A DNA stretch of 32,000 bases from Cupriavidus necator. GTDB lineage: Bacteria > Pseudomonadota > Gammaproteobacteria > Burkholderiales > Burkholderiaceae. The notes beneath the pieces were generated by a model, which saw only the letters and a program-made list of their open reading frames with translations, did not search any database and was not told the DNA's origin. The DNA lies in contig NZ_CP066018.1 in assembly GCF_016127575.1 (NCBI RefSeq), forward strand, positions 2,640,001-2,672,000, in the 5' to 3' direction. Of this stretch, positions 1 to 8,967 are shown piece after piece (positions within the stretch are counted from its first letter, which is position 1; each line of letters starts with the position of its first letter). Both the position numbers and the translations under genes were made by a program.

Positions 1-450
1 CACCACCAGCATCTTGGCCATGTCGGCCAGCCACAGGCCGAACGTCATCTTGTTGAAGCCGAAGCGCTGCTCGATGCCGAACTGGCCGTACAGCGAGAAC
101 GGCAGGTCCACCAGCCCGCCGATCAGCGCCACGCTGGCCACCAGCGCCACGCCATAGGCATAGCCTGGGCCGAAAGTGTCCAGCCAGGACTGGTTGAGCC
201 ACTGCAGCCCGCCCAGCATGGTGAAGCCGATCAGCACCGCGGCCCCGGCCAGCACCTCGAGCATCGACAGCCGGGTGCGGGCGATGGTGTAGTCCGCGGC
301 CTTCTGGTGCGAGGCCAGGCTGATGGTGTCGGCAAAGCGCGGCGGCACCGCATTGCGGTGCTGCGCCACATGCCGGACCTGGCGGGCGGCCAGCCAGAGC
401 CTGGTCAGCACCATCAGCACCAGGGCGGCGAGAAAGACAATCGTGAACAT
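1..450 (-). CDS. M48-family (Ste24/HtpX-like) membrane metallopeptidase, N-terminal part only; the 3' end lies left of the window
   Basis: Not in the ORF track because it runs off the window edge. My translation of the minus strand from ATG 450..448 gives [81 protein letters not shown]...[27 protein letters not shown], open to position 1. It has an N-terminal TM helix and HQKAADY / EQRFGFNK segments that I recall from Peptidase_M48 N-terminal domains. The HExxH motif is outside the window. Confidence 0.5.
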   Translation of the reverse strand, partial: MFTIVFLAALVLMVLTRLWLAARQVRHVAQHRNAVPPRFADTISLASHQKAADYTIARTRLSMLEVLAGAAVLIGFTMLGGLQWLNQSWLDTFGPGYAYGVALVASVALIGGLVDLPFSLYGQFGIEQRFGFNKMTFGLWLADMAKMLVV

Positions 451-677
451 CGGCAAGAGCCTTGTTGTGGGTGCGGGCGCCCCGCATTGTGCGCGGCGGG
501 CGTCCGTTGGAACCGCCGAGCCCCGGGGTGGGGCAGGCGGTGGTCCGGGATATCCGGAAAACACCCCGGCGCTGGTGCGCAAACGGCCATTCCGGACGGA
601 TATGCGAGAATTATAAATTGTTCGCGCCCGCCCCCGCCGCGGCCGCTTCCCTGAAATCCCTATCTTCCGCAGTCCCG

Positions 678-1304
678 ATGACAAGCCAAGCCACCGCCAA
701 ATCCGTCAAAAGCGAAAACAACCTGATCTGGCTGGACATGGAAATGACCGGCCTGCAGCCGGATACCGATCGCATCATCGAAATCGCGATCGTCGTTACC
801 GACTCCGAACTCAATATCCTGGCGGAAGGCCCGGTGCTGGTGATCCACCAGAGCGACGCCGTGCTCGATGGCATGGACAACTGGAACAAGGGCACCCACG
901 GCCGCTCGGGCCTGATCGACAAGGTCAAGGCATCGACCCTGACCGAAGAGCAGGCCGAGGCCGAGCTGCTGGCCTTCCTCAAGCGCTGGGTGCCGGCCAG
1001 CAAGTCGCCGATGTGCGGCAACTCGATCTGCCAGGACCGCCGCTTCATGGCGCGCTACATGCCCAAGCTGGAGGCCTTCTTCCACTACCGCAACCTGGAC
1101 GTGTCCACGCTGAAGGAGCTGTGCAAGCGCTGGGAGCCGGCCATCCACAAGGGCTTTATCAAGCGCCAGCTGCATACGGCGCTGGCCGACATCCTGGAAT
1201 CGGTCGAAGAACTGCGCTACTACCGCACGCACTTTATCCGGCACACCGCGCCGGGCGCCGCACCGGCAGCGGACGCGCCGGCCGCCGGCACGCCCGCGCA
1301 ATAA
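678..1304 (+). CDS. orn: Oligoribonuclease (DEDDh 3'-5' exoribonuclease)
   Basis: Track ORF 462..1304 trimmed to ATG 678 (M73), since the upstream part is Arg/Pro-rich junk. [12 protein letters not shown] (Exo I), [28 protein letters not shown] match Orn. Short Ala/Pro-rich C-terminal extension. Confidence 0.92.
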   Translation: MTSQATAKSVKSENNLIWLDMEMTGLQPDTDRIIEIAIVVTDSELNILAEGPVLVIHQSDAVLDGMDNWNKGTHGRSGLIDKVKASTLTEEQAEAELLAFLKRWVPASKSPMCGNSICQDRRFMARYMPKLEAFFHYRNLDVSTLKELCKRWEPAIHKGFIKRQLHTALADILESVEELRYYRTHFIRHTAPGAAPAADAPAAGTPAQ

Positions 1305-1399
1305 GCGGGGCCGGCTGCTCCCGGAACAACAACCCACTGCAAGCGACGGGCCGCCCGCACGGGGCGGCCGTCGCCGGGGCGCGTCCCGCCCGCCTGCCC

Positions 1400-2281
1400 A
1401 TGCTTGAGCGCATCGTCTCCATCATCACGCCGGTCATCCTGATCATCCTGGTCGGGTGGCTGTACGGGCGCAAGGCCCATCCGGACATGGCCGGCATCAA
1501 CCGCGCCACGCTGGACGTGATCGCACCGCTGCTGGTGGTGTCGGCCTTCGTCAGCAAGGATTTCGTGCTGGCCGACCAGCTGGTGCTGCTGGGCTGCGCT
1601 GTGGCGGTGGTGCTGGGCTCCGGCGTGCTGGCGTGGGCGCTGGCGCGGCTGCTGAAGGCCGATCCGCGCACCTTCGTGCCGCCGATGATGTTCAACAACT
1701 GCGGCAACATGGGGCTGCCGCTGTCGGTATTTGCCTTCGGTCCGGCGGGGCTGGCGCCGGCGGTGGCGCTGTTCGCGGCATCGAACCTGATGCACTTCAC
1801 CATCGGCATGAAGATCGTCAACCGCCATGCGTCGATGGCGCAGATCGCGCGCAACCCCATGGTGCTGGCCACCGTGGCGGGCGTGGCGCTGGCGCTGGCG
1901 CGGCCATGGTTCACGCTGCCGGACCCGGTATACCAGTCGGTCAAGCTGCTGGGCGACGCCACCGTGCCGCTGATGCTGTTTGCGCTGGGCGTGCGCATGA
2001 AGGACGTGAGCCTGCGCAACTGGGGCATGGGCCTGGTCGGCGCCGCGGCCTGCCCGCTGACGGGAATCGCGGTGGCGCTGCTGCTGGCGCAGTGGGTGCC
2101 GCTGACCGAATTGCAGCGCGGCCTGCTCTTTGTGTTTGCCGCGCTGCCGCCGGCGGTGCTGAACTTCCTGGTGGCGGACCATTTCCGGCAGGAGCCGGAC
2201 CAGGTGGCGTCGATCGTGCTGCTGGGCAACATCGCCGCGGTGGTGTTCGTGCCGGTGGGGTTGTACCTGGGCTTGCGCTGA
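1400..2281 (+). CDS. AEC-family (auxin efflux carrier / Mem_trans) membrane transporter
   Basis: Track ORF 1013..2281 trimmed to ATG 1400 (MLERIVSIITPVILIILVGWLYG...). About 10 hydrophobic segments; NNCGNMGLPL and ALPPAVLNF motifs are typical of the AEC family. Confidence 0.85.
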   Translation: MLERIVSIITPVILIILVGWLYGRKAHPDMAGINRATLDVIAPLLVVSAFVSKDFVLADQLVLLGCAVAVVLGSGVLAWALARLLKADPRTFVPPMMFNNCGNMGLPLSVFAFGPAGLAPAVALFAASNLMHFTIGMKIVNRHASMAQIARNPMVLATVAGVALALARPWFTLPDPVYQSVKLLGDATVPLMLFALGVRMKDVSLRNWGMGLVGAAACPLTGIAVALLLAQWVPLTELQRGLLFVFAALPPAVLNFLVADHFRQEPDQVASIVLLGNIAAVVFVPVGLYLGLR

Positions 2282-2298
2282 GGCGCGGGGAAGGGGAG

Positions 2299-2320
2299 CC
2301 CGCAGGCGCGCGCCTGCGGG
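2299..2320. terminator. Perfect 22-nt GC palindrome between convergent genes (possible bidirectional stop/structure, no U tract)
   Basis: cccgcaggcgcgcgcctgcggg lies between the AEC transporter stop (2281) and the mog stop (2330). Confidence 0.3.
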
Positions 2321-2329
2321 GATTGGCGA

Positions 2330-2968
2330 TTACGCCGCGGGCTTGGCCCGCACGGCGTTCTTCGGGCGCCAGGCCTTGACCACGGCCTCATCGGTTTCCA
2401 TGTAGGGGCCGCCGATCAGGTCGATGCAATACGGCACCGCAGCAAAGATCCCTTGCGCCACGGCCTTGCCATCGGCATCGCGCAGGCCCTCCAGGGTCTC
2501 GCGGATGGCGCGCGGCTGGCCGGGCAGGTTGACGATCAGCGCGGCGCGGCTGGCGGTCTCGCGGATCACCGCCACCTGGCGCGACAGGATCGCGGTCGGC
2601 ACGAAATGCAGGCTGACCTGGCGCATCTGCTCGCCGAAGCCGGGCATTTCCTTGGTGCCCACGGCCAGCGTGGCCTCTGGCGTCACGTCGCGGCGCGCCG
2701 GGCCGGTGCCGCCGGTGGTCAGCACCAGGTCGCAGCCGGCCACGTCGACCAGGTCGATCAGGGTGCGCGAGATCTGCGCCTGCTCGTCCGGGATCAGCCG
2801 CTCCACCGCCTGCCAGGGCGTGGTCAGCGTGCGCCCGAACCACTCGCGCAGCGCCGGGATGCCTTCGTCCTGGTAGGTGCCGGCCGAGGCGCGGTCCGAG
2901 ATCGAAACGAAGCCGACAACGAGTTCATCGGGATGGTTGCGGACTACCGGCTGCGTGGTCTGGGTCAT
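2330..2968 (-). CDS. mog: Molybdopterin adenylyltransferase MogA
   Basis: [89 protein letters not shown] are almost colinear with E. coli MogA. The start overlaps the yjgA stop (ATGA, 2965-2968). Confidence 0.95.
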   Translation of the reverse strand: MTQTTQPVVRNHPDELVVGFVSISDRASAGTYQDEGIPALREWFGRTLTTPWQAVERLIPDEQAQISRTLIDLVDVAGCDLVLTTGGTGPARRDVTPEATLAVGTKEMPGFGEQMRQVSLHFVPTAILSRQVAVIRETASRAALIVNLPGQPRAIRETLEGLRDADGKAVAQGIFAAVPYCIDLIGGPYMETDEAVVKAWRPKNAVRAKPAA

Positions 2969-3585
2969 GCCTCGGGCTCCGGGGTAGGGGGTTGGTCCGC
3001 GGCGGCGCCGGCCTTGCCGTCCTTCGCATCCAGCGCCGTCTTGATCGCCTGGAACAGCTCGCGGAAATAGCGCGGCGGCTTGCCTTGCTCCTTTTCCTTG
3101 CGCGCGTTGCGGATGGTGTTGCGCAGCGCCTGCACGTCGATGCCGGGGTGCTCGGCGAGGAAGCGCGTCAGCGCCGCGTCGTCGGCCAGCAGCAGCTCGC
3201 GCCAGCGCTCGATCAGGTGCATGCGGGCGGTTTCGGCCTTGCTGGTGCCCTTGAAGCCCTCCAGCGCTTGCCGGATCACCTCGACCTCTTCGTCGTCGAG
3301 GCCGCGCATGATCTTGCCCACGAACTGCATCTGGCGGCGCTTGCCCTCGTGGCTGTTGATGCGGCGGGCCTGGTGGATGGCGTCGGCGAGCGCTTCGGGC
3401 ATGGGCACGCGCGCCAGGCGGTCCTTGGCCAGGGCTTCGAGCTCGGCGCCAAGGTCCTGCAGGGCGGTCATTTCGCGCTTGCGCTGCGACTTGCTTTTCG
3501 GTTCGTCGTCTTCCGGTTCGGGCGCAAAGCCTCCGGGAAAGCGCGAGCCATTCGGATTACGGGAATTTCGCGTCATGCCCGGCAT
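2965..3585 (-). CDS. yjgA: YjgA/DarP (DUF615) ribosome-associated protein
   Basis: [58 protein letters not shown] match YjgA. It is divergent from pmbA, as in E. coli. Confidence 0.88.
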   Translation of the reverse strand: MPGMTRNSRNPNGSRFPGGFAPEPEDDEPKSKSQRKREMTALQDLGAELEALAKDRLARVPMPEALADAIHQARRINSHEGKRRQMQFVGKIMRGLDDEEVEVIRQALEGFKGTSKAETARMHLIERWRELLLADDAALTRFLAEHPGIDVQALRNTIRNARKEKEQGKPPRYFRELFQAIKTALDAKDGKAGAAADQPPTPEPEA

Positions 3586-3634
3586 TTTATCTTGCTATGA
3601 TTGCCGCTTGGACTTTTGATGACACCCGCCCAGC

Positions 3635-5002
3635 ATGGACCAGATCGCAGAACAGACCGCGCACTTCACCTACACCCAGGCCCAGCTCAGCGAGATGGCC
3701 GCCGATGTGCTGCGCGTTGCACGCGAACTTGGGGCGACCGACGCCGCCACCGAGATCTCCGAAGGCAGCGGCCTGTCGGTATCGGTACGCAAGGGGCAGG
3801 TGGAAACCATCGAGCAGAACCGCGACAAGGTGGTCGGGGTCACGGTCATGATCGGCAAGCGCCGCGGCAATGCCAGCACCTCGGACTTCTCGCCGGCCGC
3901 GCTGCGCGCCACTGCCGAGGCCGCCTACAACATCGCCCGCTTCACGGCCGAGGACGATTGCGCCGGCCTGGCCGAGGAAGAACTGCTGGAACGCGCGCCG
4001 CAGGACCTGGAACTGTTCCACCCGTGGGCGCTGGACGCCGAGCGCGCCATCGACATTGCCACCCGCGCCGAGGCCGCCGCCTTCGCGGTGTCGCCGCGCA
4101 TCCGCAACAGCGACGGCGCCAGCGTGTCGGCGCAGCATTCGCAGTTCGTGCTGGCGACCACGCGCGGCTTCTCGGGCGGCTACCCGTATTCGCGCCATTT
4201 CATCTCGTGCGCGCCGATCGCCGGCAGCGGCAGCGGCATGCAGCGCGATGACTGGTACTCGTCCAAGCGCTCGCCGCTGGCGCTGGCCGCGCCCGAGGAC
4301 ATCGGCCGCTACGCCGCCGAGCGCGCGCTGGCGCGGCTGCAGGCGCGCCAGCTGTCCACGCGCCGCTGCCCGGTGCTGTTCGAGGCGCCGCTTGCCGCGG
4401 GGCTGCTGGGCGCCTTCGTGCAGGCGGTGTCGGGCGGCGCGCTGTACCGCAAATCCACGTTCCTGTGCGATTCGCTGGGCCAGGCCGTGTTTGCGCCGCA
4501 TATCCAGATCCATGAGCAGCCGCACACCCCCGGCGCCATGGGCAGCGCCCCGTTCGACGAGGAAGGCGTGCGCACCCGTGCCCGCGACGTGGTCCGCGAC
4601 GGCGTGGTGCAGGGCTATTTCCTGTCGACCTATTCCGCGCGCAAGCTCGGCATGCAGACCACCGGCAACGCCGGCGGCTCGCACAACCTGACACTGACCA
4701 GCTCGCTGACCGAGCCCGGCGACGACTTCCCGGCGATGCTGCGCAAGCTCGGCACCGGCCTGCTGGTGACCGAGCTGATGGGGCAGGGCGTCAACTACGT
4801 GACCGGCGACTATTCGCGCGGCGCCTCGGGCTACTGGGTCGAGAACGGCGTGATCCAGTACCCGGTGGAGGAAATCACCATCGCCGGCAATATGGCCGAG
4901 ATGTTCCAGCAGATCGTCGCCATCGGCGCGGACTCGCTGGTGCGCGGCACCAAGGAAACCGGCTCGATCCTGCTCGAGCAGATGACGATTGCCGGCACCT
5001 GA
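3635..5002 (+). CDS. pmbA: Metalloprotease PmbA (TldE)
   Basis: 455-aa ORF of PmbA/TldD family length with its typical C-terminal region (GGSHNL..., VTGDYSRGASGYWVENG, EEITIAGN). Conserved divergent arrangement with yjgA. Confidence 0.9.
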   Translation: MDQIAEQTAHFTYTQAQLSEMAADVLRVARELGATDAATEISEGSGLSVSVRKGQVETIEQNRDKVVGVTVMIGKRRGNASTSDFSPAALRATAEAAYNIARFTAEDDCAGLAEEELLERAPQDLELFHPWALDAERAIDIATRAEAAAFAVSPRIRNSDGASVSAQHSQFVLATTRGFSGGYPYSRHFISCAPIAGSGSGMQRDDWYSSKRSPLALAAPEDIGRYAAERALARLQARQLSTRRCPVLFEAPLAAGLLGAFVQAVSGGALYRKSTFLCDSLGQAVFAPHIQIHEQPHTPGAMGSAPFDEEGVRTRARDVVRDGVVQGYFLSTYSARKLGMQTTGNAGGSHNLTLTSSLTEPGDDFPAMLRKLGTGLLVTELMGQGVNYVTGDYSRGASGYWVENGVIQYPVEEITIAGNMAEMFQQIVAIGADSLVRGTKETGSILLEQMTIAGT

Positions 5003-5018
5003 GCGGCGCGCGCCACCC

Positions 5019-5051
5019 AAAAAAAAGCAGGCCTGACGGCCTGCTTTTTTA
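5019..5051. terminator. Bidirectional rho-independent terminator between pmbA (+) and folA (-)
   Basis: aaaaaaaagcaggcc-tgac-ggcctgctttttt: 9-bp GC stem flanked by an A run and a T run. Confidence 0.75.
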
Positions 5052-5067
5052 TTGCCCGCGCAACGGC

Positions 5068-5568
5068 TTACGACTCGTCCGACGGCGGCCGCTCGTACGT
5101 GACGAACGCATAGTCGAAGCCATTGGCCTCCGAATGATGCGTCTCGCGCGCGGTCTCCACCCATTGGGTGCGGTCGATTGCCGGGAAGAAGGCATCGCCT
5201 TCCACATCCGCATCGATCTCGGTCACCACCAGCCGGTCCGCGCATGGCATGGCCTCGGCGTAGAGCTGCGCGCCGCCGATCAGGAAGATCTGCTCCGCGC
5301 CCACGCACAGGCGCTGGGCATCTTCCAGCGAGGCCGCCACCTCGGCGCCCTCGATGCGCAGGTCCGGGTTGCGGCTGACCACGATATTGCGGCGCCCCGG
5401 CAGCGGGCGGCCGATCGAGTCCCAGGTCTTGCGGCCCATGATCACGGGCGCGCCCATGGTGGTACGCTTGAAGTGCGCCAGGTCTTCCGGCAGGCGCCAC
5501 GGCAGCGTGTTGTCGCGGCCGATGGTGTTGTTGCGGGCGCGGGCGACGACCAGTGTCAGCAGCGTCAT
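5068..5568 (-). CDS. folA: Dihydrofolate reductase
   Basis: [44 protein letters not shown] and IGGAQLY are DHFR motifs. The ATG overlaps the thyA stop. Confidence 0.93.
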   Translation of the reverse strand: MTLLTLVVARARNNTIGRDNTLPWRLPEDLAHFKRTTMGAPVIMGRKTWDSIGRPLPGRRNIVVSRNPDLRIEGAEVAASLEDAQRLCVGAEQIFLIGGAQLYAEAMPCADRLVVTEIDADVEGDAFFPAIDRTQWVETARETHHSEANGFDYAFVTYERPPSDES

Positions 5569-6359
5569 ACGGCCACCGGTGCCTTGATGGCGGCGTGCGA
5601 CTGGTAGCCGGCCAGTTCAAAGTCTTCGTAGCGGTAGTCGAAGATGCTGTCGGGCTTGCGCAGGATCTTCAGCTGCGGCAGCGCCAGCGGCTCGCGCGCC
5701 AGCTGGGTCTGCACCTGCTCGAAATGGTTGTTGTACAGGTGGCAGTCGCCGCCGGTCCAGACGAAGTCGCCCACTTCCAGCCCGGTCTGCTGCGCCATCA
5801 TGTGGGTCAGCAGCGCATAGCTGGCGATATTGAACGGCACGCCCAGGAAAATATCGGCGCTGCGCTGGTAGAGCTGGCACGACAGCCGGCCATCGGCCAC
5901 GTAGAACTGGAAGAACGCGTGGCAGGGCGGCAGCTTCATGCGCGGGATGTCGGCCACGTTCCAGGCCGACACGATCAGGCGGCGCGAATCCGGATTGGCG
6001 CGGATCTGCGCCACCAGGTCGGTGATCTGGTCGATATGTCGGCCGTCCGGCGTCGGCCACGAGCGCCATTGCGAGCCGTAGACCGGGCCCAGTTCGCCGT
6101 TCTCGTCGGCCCACTCGTCCCAGATGGTGACGCCGTGCTCCTGCAGCCAGCGCACGTTGGTCGAGCCCTGCAGGAACCACAGCAGTTCATAGATGATCGA
6201 CTTCAGGTGCAGCTTCTTGGTGGTCACCACCGGGAAGCCTGCGCGCAGGTCGAAGCGCATCTGGTAGCCGAACACCGAGCGCGTGCCGGTGCCGGTGCGG
6301 TCGGCCTTGTCGGTGCCATGCTCGTACACATGGCGCATGAAGTCGAGGTACTGTTTCAT
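5565..6359 (-). CDS. thyA: Thymidylate synthase (ThyA type)
   Basis: Track ORF 5565..6947 trimmed to ATG 6359 ([31 protein letters not shown]...), giving 264 aa. [12 protein letters not shown] and [15 protein letters not shown] are the ThyA active-site motifs. Confidence 0.96.
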   Translation of the reverse strand: MKQYLDFMRHVYEHGTDKADRTGTGTRSVFGYQMRFDLRAGFPVVTTKKLHLKSIIYELLWFLQGSTNVRWLQEHGVTIWDEWADENGELGPVYGSQWRSWPTPDGRHIDQITDLVAQIRANPDSRRLIVSAWNVADIPRMKLPPCHAFFQFYVADGRLSCQLYQRSADIFLGVPFNIASYALLTHMMAQQTGLEVGDFVWTGGDCHLYNNHFEQVQTQLAREPLALPQLKILRKPDSIFDYRYEDFELAGYQSHAAIKAPVAV

Positions 6360-6411
6360 CGGCGCGGGGCGGGATCGGGAGTGACGCGGGTACTGGTCCC
6401 GCAAAGCTGGC

Positions 6412-6484
6412 ATTTTAAAGCAAAAGGGCCATCCCTCAGGATGGCCCTTCAGCGGCATGGCCGGGGCGGGTGCCCCGGCCATGC
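6412..6484 (-). terminator. Two consecutive hairpins after the TerC-family gene; the distal one is a rho-independent terminator
   Basis: Hairpin 6455-6484 is gcatggccgggg/ccccggccatgc. Hairpin 6424-6449 is aagggccatcc/ggatggccctt, followed on the minus strand by ttgctttaaaat. Confidence 0.6.
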
Positions 6485-6502
6485 CTGGCACGGCTTGCCG
6501 CC

Positions 6503-7204
6503 TTAGTGGCTGCCGGCCGGTTGCTGCACGCGGCGCTTCTGCACCAGGTAGCCGGCGCCCAGCACGCCGCCGACGATCAGCACGTACAGGCCCCAGTTGA
6601 CCACCGGGTTGGCTTCGAAGAACGCCTTGATCATCGGCTCGTGCACGATCATCTTGACTGCCGTGAACGCCAGCACGCCTGCGCCCAGGTAGATGATGAT
6701 CGGGAAGCGGCTCATCAGCTTGAGCACCAGGCTCGAGCCCCACACCACGATCGGGATGCTGATCAGCAGGCCCAGCACCACCAGCAGGAAGCTGCCGTGC
6801 GCGGCGCCGGCCACGGCCAGCACGTTGTCCACGCCCATCACCGCGTCGGCGATGATGATGGTCTTCATTGCGCCCCACAGGGTCGAGGCGCCCGAGCCGT
6901 GCCCCTCGCCGTCGCCTTCGTCGGACAGCAGCTTGTAGGCAATCCACACCAGCGCCAGGCCGCCGATCAGCATCAGCCCCGGAATCTTCAGCAGCCAGAC
7001 CACCCCGATCGTCATGGCCGAGCGCACCACCACGGCGCCGACGGTACCCCAGATGATGGCCTTCTTCTGCAGGTGGGCGGGCAGGTTGCGCGCCGCCAGG
7101 GCGATCACGATGGCATTGTCTCCAGCCAGCACCAGGTCAATGACGACGATGGACAGCAGTGCCGTCAGGAACTGCATCGTGAACAGATCGGTAAACCACT
7201 CCAT
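6503..7204 (-). CDS. TerC/YjbE-family integral membrane protein (putative metal, probably Mn2+, exporter)
   Basis: 233 aa, about 7 TM segments. [16 protein letters not shown] and a second [16 protein letters not shown] repeat are typical of the TerC family. It is preceded by a yybP-ykoY-like leader. Confidence 0.85.
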   Translation of the reverse strand: MEWFTDLFTMQFLTALLSIVVIDLVLAGDNAIVIALAARNLPAHLQKKAIIWGTVGAVVVRSAMTIGVVWLLKIPGLMLIGGLALVWIAYKLLSDEGDGEGHGSGASTLWGAMKTIIIADAVMGVDNVLAVAGAAHGSFLLVVLGLLISIPIVVWGSSLVLKLMSRFPIIIYLGAGVLAFTAVKMIVHEPMIKAFFEANPVVNWGLYVLIVGGVLGAGYLVQKRRVQQPAGSH

Positions 7205-7285
7205 GAACTCTCCTCAGGGTACAAATCAGCGCAAGTGCGCGTATCGGGTTCGCCTGGTTTCACGTAGCACGGGAGCGTGGGGGCG

Positions 7286-7432
7286 CCTTTGCAAACCATG
7301 AAGTCCAGGTTGCAAAGGTCTTGCTCGACCACTGGCGCGGTATGCACGCCGGTAGTCAGCACAACCGGGGACAAGGGTCCCGGAATGACGATTGTGCTAA
7401 GGGCATGGGCCCCGGAGCTACTCCCCTTTGAG
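7286..7432 (-). promoter_or_regulatory. Probable yybP-ykoY (Mn2+) riboswitch in the 5' leader of the TerC-family gene
   Basis: The minus-strand RNA contains CUCAAAGGGGAGUAGCUCCGGGG... (hallmark AAAGGGGAGUAGC, plus 7417-7432). It also contains ...GGUCGAGCAAGACCUUUGCAA, whose CCUUUG can pair with the 5' CAAAGG (P1). The same CCUUUGCAA can alternatively pair with a downstream UUGCAAAGG (plus 7286-7294 / 7310-7318), giving an expression platform. A TATAAT box on the minus strand lies at 7472..7467. Confidence 0.6.
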
Positions 7433-7725
7433 GGACACGACCCGTTTCGGGGCCGCGCTGGGCGGGATTATAAACGAACTGCAAGGGATATGCCCCATTA
7501 GGAAAGATACTGACTCAAAGTTCTTGATGTGCTGCGTGCGGCGCATCCGGCGATCGGCGGTGCGCGATCCGCCGGATGGGCCTATCCTTTAGGTTCGGCT
7601 TCGCCCGATGCGTCCCGGACGGCACAGGGAGGCGTTGCGGAGACCGGCGCGCACGACATGCACAGCGCGGCCTTGGGGAATACGCAGTGAAGCAGTGACC
7701 ATTCGCGACCACACAAGGAAACGAC

Positions 7726-8823
7726 ATGCCGGCTGTCCCGAATCCGCCGAATACCCCCTTCCAGAAAAAAGCCCCGCAGACACCTCTCCCACCCCTGAAC
7801 CACCACAACGGCCATGCGGCCGCACCGCCCGCCCTGGTCGCGCTGGCCAATGGCCGCGCGCACCGGCAGCCGCCCCAGCCGGAGTTCGTGCAGCAGTACC
7901 GCGAGGACAGCGGCGCGCTGCGCGAGCAGGTGCTGGCCGGGCTGCGTGCCGGGCAGGCCGCCATCAGCCCCAAGTTCTTCTACGACGTGCTGGGCTCGCG
8001 CCTGTTCGAAGCCATCACCGACCTGCCAGAGTACTACCCGACCCGCACCGAGGCCGCGATCTTTGCCAGCGCGGCGCCCGCCATCGCCGCGCGTGCCGGC
8101 AGCGGCTGCGTGCTGGTGGACCTGGGTGCGGGCAATTGCGAAAAGGCTGCCAGGCTCTTTGGCACCCTGCGCCCGGCGCAGTACGTGGCGCTGGATATCT
8201 CCATAGAGTTCCTGCGCGCGACGCTGTCGTCGCTGCAGCAGCAGCATCCCGACATCCCGATGCTGGGCCTGGGCGCCGACCTGTGTGCGCCGTTCGATCT
8301 GCCCGCCAACGTCAGGCGCGGCAGGCGGCTGTTCTTCTATCCGGGCTCGAGCATCGGCAATTTCGCCCCGGTCGAGGCCCTGGCGTTGCTGCAGCGCATG
8401 CGCGGCGCGGCCGGGCGCGGCGACGGCGTGCTGATCGGGGTCGACCTGCACAAGGACGAAGCCACGCTGGTGTCTGCCTATGACGATGCGCTGGGCGTCA
8501 CCGCCGCGTTCAACCGCAACGTGCTGCGCAACGTGAACCGCATCGTCGGCACGGATTTCTCGCTGGACGACTGGCGCCATGTGGCGAGCTTCGACCGCGC
8601 GGCCTCGCGCATCCAGATGCACCTGCAGGCGTGCCGCGACGTGCGCGTGCAGTGGCAGGGCGGCGCGCGCGAGTTTGCCGCCGGCGAACGGATTCATACC
8701 GAGGACTCCTACAAGTACCGCCCGGAGGACTTCACGCTCTTGCTGGAAGCCGCCGGGTTTGACGACCCGGTGTACTGGACCGACCCGAGCGGCTGGTTCG
8801 CCGTGTTCCACGCGCGCGGCTGA
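7726..8823 (+). CDS. egtD: L-histidine N(alpha)-methyltransferase (EgtD-like, ergothioneine pathway)
   Basis: ISPKFFYDVLGSRLFEAITDLPEYYPTRTE, LVDLGAGNCEKA, YVALDIS, FFYPGSSIGNF, IHTEDSYKY match the EgtD family. AAGGAA sits 6 nt before ATG 7726. The N-terminal ~70 aa is a Pro-rich extension, so the true start is uncertain. Confidence 0.8.
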   Translation: MPAVPNPPNTPFQKKAPQTPLPPLNHHNGHAAAPPALVALANGRAHRQPPQPEFVQQYREDSGALREQVLAGLRAGQAAISPKFFYDVLGSRLFEAITDLPEYYPTRTEAAIFASAAPAIAARAGSGCVLVDLGAGNCEKAARLFGTLRPAQYVALDISIEFLRATLSSLQQQHPDIPMLGLGADLCAPFDLPANVRRGRRLFFYPGSSIGNFAPVEALALLQRMRGAAGRGDGVLIGVDLHKDEATLVSAYDDALGVTAAFNRNVLRNVNRIVGTDFSLDDWRHVASFDRAASRIQMHLQACRDVRVQWQGGAREFAAGERIHTEDSYKYRPEDFTLLLEAAGFDDPVYWTDPSGWFAVFHARG

Positions 8824-8967
8824 TCCGCCCGCGCGGGCGCCATCCGGCGGGGATGGCAGGTAGTGTCATAATGACCGCGGCCGGCCTGGCGTGCGAGCGC
8901 CGGGCCAGCAGTTGCCTGCTTCGGTCACTGCCTGTCCACTGTTCACTCCCCTGCACGGACTTTCCCG

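Noticed and set aside
3587-5620. 677-aa ORF on the minus strand spanning pmbA and folA. Similar long ORFs are 1220..2182(-), 1234..2391(-), 7582..8811(-), 8866..9921(-), 10972..12240(+), 15368..16369(-), 21998..23578(-), 24172..25134(-), 26034..27140(-), 27778..28938(-) and 30399..31472(-).
   Set aside because: All are antisense or out of frame to genes with clear family motifs. They are Arg/Ala/Gly/Pro-rich, as expected for stop-poor frames in ~66% GC DNA. None shows recognisable motifs or an RBS.
6360-6947. N-terminal 196-aa extension of the thyA ORF (track ORF 5565..6947).
   Set aside because: The extension is antisense to the TerC-family gene and crosses two terminator hairpins. ThyA homology starts exactly at M (ATG 6359), giving the canonical 264 aa.
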